Below, piece by piece: positions 56,216 through 64,000 of a stretch of DNA of 64,000 nucleotides. Numbering within the stretch: position 1 is the first letter of the stretch; each line of letters begins with the position of its first letter. The stretch is from the NCBI GenBank assembly GCA_964035575.1, contig OZ037843.1, positions 868,001-932,000 of the forward strand, given 5' to 3'. The translations under genes and the position numbers were made by a program. A model generated the notes under the pieces. It was given only the letters and a program-made list of their open reading frames with translations. It had not been told where the DNA came from and searched no databases. This stretch comes from Rhynchopus sp. YZ270_cl-10 (taxonomy: Eukaryota).

Positions 56216-57248
56216 TAGGGGGGTCCGTCCGGCCGTTTTTGCTGTCCAAAACCGCTTTTTTTGAAGAAAACCCCCGAAAAAACACTCAAAACCACCCAAA
56301 ACCCCCCCGAAACCACCCGAAAACCACCCAAAATTACGAAAAATGCACTTCTGAGCACCAATTTTTATTTTTTTCTGACTTTTTGGGCTTTAGAGTGCGA
56401 AAATGTCAAAAAGGGGGGTATACGGGTAGTTTAAGCGTTGCAGACACATACACATCCCCAAAAATACACCCAAGGACCCCAAAAAGCTGCAAAAACCACA
56501 CATTTCCACCTCGGGACCCCAGCGGAGGTGGGCTGAGGTGGTTTTTGGGTGTTTTGAATTTACATCAGTTTTTTTTGATGAAAAAATCGTGTTTTCTAAC
56601 CGTTTTTAGCCGGGAGTAAGTGTTGCAAAGTGTTGCATAGCCGGCTCATACCCGTTGCATGCCATTTCATGGCCCAAAAAAGCCTACCGAGTGTCCCAAA
56701 TGCTATTTTTCACCCCACATGAGGTCTGGGAGTCATTTCCTGGGGTATTTTGACACTATGACGACTGTCATATTACTTTTTTTGGGGTTTTCAGGACGGG
56801 CTATGTTTGAAGGAGGGGCTATGTTTAAGCTTTCGAGGCACACACGCACACTGAAAAATGCATCTGGGACCCACACAGGACCCCCAAAAAGCTGTAAAAC
56901 TATATATTACCACCTCGGGAACCCAGAGGAGGTGGACCGAGGTGTTTTTCGGGTCTTTAGATGGAGTTTTATATGATCGGAGAATTTTTTTGTCAAGTGT
57001 TGCATTTTGCCACAAAGTGTGACGCGAGCGTGACGGTATTTTGAGGGGTTTTTCACAAAAAAATCAATTTTTTTTAGTCGGGAAAGTCTCTGTAGAGGTT
57101 GTCAGGTGGTTTATTGGGATATTTGGGTGATCCCCAGGGCGATTTGCGCCCAGGTACGACCTTTTTAGTGGATTTCTTCACCTAAATTTCAAAAAAATGG
57201 TTTTGGACAGCAAATCCTTAAGGAATTCCTTCTACGTGGACCCCCCTA
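56216..57248. mobile_element. TAGGGG-terminal TIR element flanked by poly-C
   Basis: TIR taggggggtcc / ggacccccccta-like; C-runs on both sides. Confidence 0.7.
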
Positions 57249-57266
57249 CCCCCCCCCCCCCCCCCT

Positions 57267-58447
57267 TAGGGGATACGACTCCAGCCATTTTGGCTGGGAC
57301 CAAACGCACGGAAAATTCATTTGGCATTATCTGGCCATCTCCAAGGCAACTGCGGGTGAAAAACACCCTCAGAGTGGGTCACAGGGGGCCTGTGGGTCGA
57401 AAAACGACCCAGAAGCCACCCCAGAATACAAAAAAATGGAAAAAAATAGTGAAAAAACGGCTTTTTTCACGTTTTGGCCACTTTGGGCAAAATAGCGATT
57501 TTTCGAGAAAAAAATCAAAAACCGGGATATTTTTTGACATCACAAAGCCTCCTTTGGCACAAATATACCCCAAAAGTGGCCTGTGAGTCCATTCCAACCT
57601 GTTTTGGACATATTTGACACTTTTGGAAGTGTTTTTTTGGTGTTTTTAGGTCAAAAAAATGCCCAAGACATCCCCAAGACACTTTGCACACCCCCTGTTA
57701 CGGTCATATTTTTTTCGTTTTTTTGCCTGAAACCCCCAAAATACCCCTCCCGGACCCCACATAGTCCCGAATATCCATCACACACCCACTCAGAGTGAGT
57801 AGAAGCACCCCAAAAAAAATATTTTTTAAAGCCCTAAAATTGTGCTTCAGTTTCGGCAGCATCCATGTTGAAGTTGAAGGGCTTTAAAAAATATTTTTTT
57901 TGGGGTGCTTCTACTCACTCTGAGTGGGTGTGTGATGGATATTCGGGACTATGTGGGGTCCGGGAGGGGTATTTTGGGGGTTTCAGGCAAAAAAACGAAA
58001 AAAATATGACCGTAACAGGGGGTGTGCAAAGTGTCTTGGGGATGTCTTGGGGACGTCTTGGGCATTTTTTTGACCTAAAAACACCAAAAAAACACTTCCA
58101 AAAGTGTCAAATATGTCCAAAACAGGTTGGAATGGACTCACAGGCCACTTTTGGGGTATATTTGTGCCAAAGGAGGCTTTGTGATGTCAAAAAATATCCC
58201 GGTTTTTGATTTTTTTCTCGAAAAATCGCTATTTTGCCCAAAGTGGCCAAAACGTGAAAAAAGCCGTTTTTTCACTATTTTTTTCCATTTTTTTGTATTC
58301 TGGGGTGGCTTCTGGGTCGTTTTTCGACCCACAGGCCCCCTGTGACCCACTCTGAGGGTGTTTTTCACCCGCAGTTGCCTTGGAGATGACCAGATAATGC
58401 CAAATGAATTTTCCGTGCGCAAAAAATGGCTGGAGTCGTACCCCCTA
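57267..58447. mobile_element. TAGGGG foldback element flanked by poly-C (truncated extra arm at 58458-58597)
   Basis: ~570-bp inverted arms with a 45-bp spacer; internally similar to the 36445 element. Confidence 0.9.
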
Positions 58448-59006
58448 CCCCCCCCCATAGGGGATACGACTCCAGCCATTTTGGCTGGGACCAAACGCAC
58501 GGAAAATTCATTTGGCATTATCTGGCCATCTCCAAGGCAACTGCGGGTGAAAAACACCCTCAGAGTGGGTCACAGGGGGCCTGTGGGTCGAAAAACGCCC
58601 CCCCCCCCCCCCCCCCCACGACGAACATCGACGAACATTTTGTTCGTCTGCACACTATGCCTAGGCATACACTCGATGCGAGTCGCATGCGAGAATCATT
58701 ATCGCATTCTCGCACACCATTATCGCATGCGATAATCATTATCGCACACGTAGAGGATTTTGGTACAAGGGAAGGCCTGGCCTGTGTTTCGTTTTTGGGG
58801 ACATGTAGTGTCCAGGGACAGTTTCTGTCGCAAAATAGATGAAGTAACCCCATTTTCCCGTATCCCCCAACACCCCAACCCCTCTAACCGCTGTGTACCT
58901 GTGTACCTGTGTACCCGTGGGTACTACGAGACTGCCAAATGAAGCACACACCAACCTCACCACTTACGAAGGCAGGAATACACACCTTTACACACCACAG
59001 TGCACA

Positions 59007-60740
59007 ATGGGCTGTCTCGAGCGTGCACTGTCGCTTGACGGGACACTGGACACGCACAGCAGACTCATACGTAGTATTTTCTTGTTCTTCAGCTGTGCAG
59101 TCTTTATGGCAGCGACTACGTTTAGTCTGGTTCAGATGCGGAATTTACATGGCAGGCATCTATACGTGGGGGCTTTTATTCTAGCTGTGATGGGTGCCAT
59201 CTCTTCTATTATTATGGTTCTGCTTAAGTACAAGCTGACCACGTTCATCATCGTGACAGAGTGCGCACTGTACTATGTTTCGCTGCTGTTACTGGACATA
59301 AGTTGGCGTCCTGAGTACGTAAATGCCTGGCCAATGATGGTTCTTATGGTGGACTTTCTCTTGGTGATGCAGGTGCCCACACGGTACAGCACAATTGTCG
59401 TGGTGTGCACATTGGTGTATTTGGTCATCATTGCTGCAGAAGAAACGTGGAGGTTTGGTCTGTTCGACATGCCCGGGCTCATGCCTCAAGAGCATCGACG
59501 TTCCTACTTAGATAGCATGGGTGACTGTGATGTGCTGCCTTGCAAGCAGAGCAGAGCTGTGAACCGATTACTATTTGCAGCTTCCGTCTTCGTCGTTGAC
59601 TTTATTGTGACGCGAGGCTTTGCACGTGGTCTCCTGAAGGAGCAGGCATCAATGCAGCGCACAATCGCAACAGTGCAGGACATCGCCTCGCTCCTTGCTG
59701 GCTACGACGTGGAGAAGGTGGCGGAGCTGCTGGAGGAGCACGGTGGTGAGCTGCCTGAGGGGATGACAGCGGCACTGCGGAAGTTGGAGCAGAACCTGCG
59801 TGTGTACAAGGCGTACCTCCCGCAGACGTGTCTGCCGTTTGAGGACGAGAAGGACGAATGTGTGGAACCTGGTGGTGAGCTGGATGGCACTGACAGTGAC
59901 GACTCAAGCACAGTGTCAGCAGCATCATCGGACACGTCTGCTGCAGTGCGACGCACTTCTTTCTGGCTGCATCCGCTACTGCTCTCATCCACAAATGCAA
60001 CACTGCTGACACTGAACATCAAAGACACCCTGCACCGCCTGGAGGAGGACAGTGCACGCTTCTCCGACCTCTTCACAACTGTTCTTCTGAAGACCCTGCA
60101 GGCAACAGACAGCAGACGTGGGATGGTGGACGTCTTTGTTGGGGACAGGATCCACTGCTCGTTCAACGCGTCGAAGCCGTGTGCGTCGCACGCAACCTCA
60201 GCACTGCACGCAGCAAGTGCGATCATGAGAGCTGGCCTGGCAGCCTCTGTGAACGTGGGTGTTGCAATGGGAACAGTGCTGCGTGGTGACATGGGTTGTG
60301 ATGTGATGCGCCGCTTCAGCATGGTGGGGACACTTGTGCGTGACGTGCACGGGATGGAACGTGCAGGACGTATGCTGGGGTGCGACGTTCTCTGCAACCG
60401 TCTTTGCTTCAGCGAAACTCAGTGCGAACACGACCTGCGTCTGCTTCCGTGCAAGGTGGAGGTTGCTCAAGACTGCGAACCTGAGGTTGTGGCTGAGCTG
60501 GTTTCCAAGGAAGGAGATATTTTGGAAGAAGAAATCTCAAATGCAACAGACGAGTGGATGTACCAGATAGGCGAGAAGAAGCACTGGGAGGACTACAACA
60601 CAGTGGTGCGTGGGTACCTGCATGAGGAGATCCGTGACACGGACGTTGCGAAGGCGTGGGTGGAGGCGGGTGGGAGTGGCACACCAGCACACGCAGTTCC
60701 TTCCGGGACGTGCAGTGTTGTGTGTTCTTATCTTCGGTGA
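59007..60740 (+). CDS. 6TM pseudo-cyclase copy C' (duplicate of C)
   Basis: Essentially identical protein to 6065..7798 (EDEKD vs EDGKD). Confidence 0.8.
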   Translation: MGCLERALSLDGTLDTHSRLIRSIFLFFSCAVFMAATTFSLVQMRNLHGRHLYVGAFILAVMGAISSIIMVLLKYKLTTFIIVTECALYYVSLLLLDISWRPEYVNAWPMMVLMVDFLLVMQVPTRYSTIVVVCTLVYLVIIAAEETWRFGLFDMPGLMPQEHRRSYLDSMGDCDVLPCKQSRAVNRLLFAASVFVVDFIVTRGFARGLLKEQASMQRTIATVQDIASLLAGYDVEKVAELLEEHGGELPEGMTAALRKLEQNLRVYKAYLPQTCLPFEDEKDECVEPGGELDGTDSDDSSTVSAASSDTSAAVRRTSFWLHPLLLSSTNATLLTLNIKDTLHRLEEDSARFSDLFTTVLLKTLQATDSRRGMVDVFVGDRIHCSFNASKPCASHATSALHAASAIMRAGLAASVNVGVAMGTVLRGDMGCDVMRRFSMVGTLVRDVHGMERAGRMLGCDVLCNRLCFSETQCEHDLRLLPCKVEVAQDCEPEVVAELVSKEGDILEEEISNATDEWMYQIGEKKHWEDYNTVVRGYLHEEIRDTDVAKAWVEAGGSGTPAHAVPSGTCSVVCSYLR

Positions 60741-62306
60741 TTGTGTTACTACTGCGTTCATGTGTGCAGTATTGCCATGTGTCTGTGTGAGTCAGTGTGA
60801 TATACAAGAACCCTAACTTTGCAATGTAAATATTTTATCCCCTACACTTTTTATTCACGACAAGGTGAAAAATGTCACGAAATTTGTCCACCTTCGTATA
60901 TTTTTACAAAAATATCGCCAGGTGACATTAATTCTGGGACACACTGTGTACCGTGCACCATGGAGTCGTAAGGACTTTACGCGCGTCGTGACGTCGTAAT
61001 TATGAGGCACCCGCGACAAGTCAATTTTTGACCCAAAAATGACTATTTATCTCACGAAATAAAGTGAACATTATTTCACGAGGTGGTGAGTGACACAAAG
61101 TGGAGTTCAGCATTTTGATTTCACTGTTATCATAAAAATGATGTCACGAATGATAGCGAGTGCTATCACGTGTTTCAGTTTGTGAATCACCCATCACCGG
61201 GTTAAATGATGTTCACTTTAGTTTTGGGATACGTAATTTTATCTCACGGGTAATAATGTTGTGCGGCGAAATTCCTACAGTATATTTGACAAATGATGTA
61301 TGCCAACCAGTACGTGGTGTCAGACATAAACGATACTTTCAACCAGAAAAAAATATTTTTTTCTCCTTTTTTTCTAAGTAAGAGAAAACCGAATGGAGTG
61401 GGAACGCTAGTGAGAGCGCAGCGGAAACGATAGTGGGAACGCAACGAGCTGTTTTCATAATGTTTTATTCTTCCCCACAAAATATCACGCGCAGAGAAAC
61501 ACTCGTTTTTCACACAGCGCGTCCGTTTGTTTGTTTTTCTCAAACGACACCTTTTTTCAAAAATTTTCGCCCGGTATCACATATGATACTGATTTCCATG
61601 GATACACATGAAAAGGAGTTCCATTCTATTCACAGAACTCGATAGGCGATTGAGCTTATCTAACAACAACCAAAACAAAAGAAAGTACAAAGAAGAGAAT
61701 AAAAAATGCAGGAAAAATAGACAAAGAGAAAAACAAAGAGATTTTGACAAAGTGAACAATAAAACACACGTGCTGGTTTTTGTGTTCGCTACTTTTTATC
61801 AAAAAGCTTTCCCTAGTTTCGAGTGCGAAACGTTTCTCCATGTATTGCACGGAAAACAATATTACAAACAGGTACAGGATGGCTGCGTGCAGAAGCATAG
61901 AACCTGGCACCCTGTGTGTCCCCCAAAAACAAAAAGCGTTGTGTGTTGAAGTTTTGAAGGAAGGAAAAATAAAACTTTGTGTCAGAATGCCCAGAGCTGA
62001 GCCCAGATTTTGTCCTTCTGTCACTCACGTGACTGACGTGCTTCCGACAGCTTTATGATTGCACCCCGCCACCTTGACCTCACATCAAGAGGACGTATCA
62101 CAGCTAGATGTGGTTTGAGGTTTGTCACGTCACATGAGTCGTGTGGTGCTTGTGATCCACCTGTTGAGGCAGGTTGACTCAGTGGCAAGATCATGTGTTG
62201 GTGATATTCTGCCAAAGAGTGGGTACTACCAGACTGCCAAATGAAGCACACACCAACCTCACCACTTACGAAGGCAGGAACACACCTTTACACACCACAG
62301 TGCGCA

Positions 62307-64000
62307 ATGGGCTGTCTCGAGCGTGCACTGTCGCTTGACGGGACACTGGACACGCACAGCAGACTCATACGTAGTATTTGCTTTTTCTTCAACTGTGTAA
62401 TCTTCGTATCAGGAATTGTGTTCTCTGTGATTGAGCTGCAGATCTTGCATGGCAGGTATCAGTATTTGGGTGGTGTTCTCACAGGCATGCTGAACGGTTT
62501 GTGTTCAATTGTTTTCATTATGCTAAAGTACAAGCTGACCACGTTCATCATCGTGACAGAGTCCGCACTGTACTTTGTTGCGGTGGTTCTCGTGGACATA
62601 AGTTGGCGCATCGAGTATGAATACGCCTGGCCAATGATCGTGCTTGTGGTGGACTTTCTCTTGGTGATGCAAGTGCCCACACGGTACAGCACAGTTGTCG
62701 TGGTGTGCACACTGGTGTATTTGGTCGTTCTTGCTGCAGAAGAAACGTGGAGGTTTGGTCTGTTCGACATACCCGGGCTCGCGTATCAAGAACATCGACG
62801 TTCCTACTTAGAGAGCATGGGTGACTGTGATGTGCTGCCTTGCAAGGAGAGCGAAGCTGTGAACCGATTACTATTTGCTGCTATCGTGTTTGTTGTTGAC
62901 TTTATTGTGACGCGAGGCTTTGCACGTGGTCTCCTGAAGGAGCAGGCATCAATGCAGCGCACAATCGCAACAGTGCAGGACATCGCCTCGCTCCTTGCTG
63001 GCTACGACGTGGAGAAGGTGGCGGAGCTGCTGGAGGAGCACGGTGGTGAGCTGCCTGACGGGATGACGACAGCACTGCGGAAGTTGGAGCAGAACCTGCG
63101 TGTGTACAAGGCGTACCTCCCGCAGACGTGTCTGCCGTTTGAGGACGGGAAGGACGAATGTGTGGAACCTGGTGGTGATCTGGATGGCACTTGCAGTAAC
63201 GATGAAAGCACAGTGTCAGCGGCAACATCGAACACGTCTGCTGCAGTGCGACGCACTTCCTTCCGTGCACCGCCTCTCCTGCTCTCAACCCCGAATGCAA
63301 CACTGCTGACACTGAACATCAAAGACACCCTGCACCGCCTGGAGGAGGACAGTGCACGCTTCTCCGACCTCTTCACAACTGTTCTTCTGAAGACCCTGCA
63401 GGCAACAGACAGCAGACGTGGGATGGTGGACGTCTTTGTTGGGGACACTGCTCGTTCAACGCGTCGAAGCCGTGTGCGTCGCACGCAACCTCAGCACTGC
63501 ACGCAGCAAGCATGCTCATGAGAGCTGGCCTGGCAGCCTCTGTGAACGTGGGTGTTGCAATGGGGACAGTGCTGCGTGGTGACATGGGTTGTGATGTGAT
63601 GCGCCGCTTCAGCATGGTGGGGACACTTGTGCGTGATGTGCACGGGATGGAACGTGCAGGACGTATGCTGGGGTGCGACGTTCTCTGCAACCGTCTTTGC
63701 TTCAGCGACGCTGAGTGCGAACACGACCTGCGTCTGCTTCCGTGCAAGGTGGAGGTTGCTCAAGACTGTGAGGCACAGGTTGTGGCTGAGCTGATTTCGA
63801 TGGAAGAAGAAACCTCAACTGCAGCAGACGAGTGGATGTACCAGATAGGCGAGAAGAAGCACTGGGATTTGTACAACACAGCGGTGCGTGGGTACCTGCG
63901 TGGTGAGAGCTGTGACACGGACGTTGCAAAGGCGTGGGTGGAGGCGGGTGGGAGTGGCACACCAGCACACGCAGTTCCTTCCGGGATGTGCAGTGTTGTG
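62307..64000 (+). pseudogene. 6TM pseudo-cyclase copy B', frameshifted and cut by the window edge
   Basis: Duplicate of B with a different 7-bp deletion (ggggac^actg) at ~63446. Confidence 0.75.

Larger units (their letters stand above)
56144..58663. mobile_element. Small TAGGC-terminal element expanded by nested insertions in its poly-C tract
   Basis: TIR taggcatagtgtgca / tgcacactatgccta with cgacgaaca subterminal repeats; no TSD recognisable. Confidence 0.65.
58798..64000. repeat. Inverted segmental duplication, right copy (runs off the window)
   Basis: Reverse complement of 2809-8005. Confidence 0.95.

Overview
Eukaryotic genomic DNA, most likely a euglenozoan (diplonemid-like; inferred from an 18S rRNA 5' fragment with the TGTTTCAAGGA signature, mostly intronless GC-rich CDSs with CAG acceptors just upstream of the ATG, and one GTATGT..CAG intron). 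The window is dominated by class III nucleotide cyclase-like membrane receptors: eight full-length or frameshifted copies of a ~6TM + catalytically degenerate pseudo-cyclase plus a decayed fragment, one 6TM + intact adenylate cyclase whose sensor half is nearly identical to one pseudo-cyclase, and one 2TM/extracellular/HAMP pseudo-cyclase. It also holds two ubiquitin-like (Ubl)-LRR genes (one with a TRIM-like B-box/coiled-coil N-terminus), a Ubl-WD40-like gene and a long coiled-coil gene. A >=5.2 kb inverted segmental duplication links 2809-8005 to 58798-64000. Intergenic DNA is packed with nested TIR elements: an intact DD37E Tc1/mariner, hAT, Harbinger and CMC-like MITEs, TGG..CCA elements with 5-bp TSDs, and TAGG foldbacks in poly-C/G runs. 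The most striking non-coding signal is a complete hammerhead ribozyme core at 49799-49870 whose three strands are in a non-circularly permuted order.
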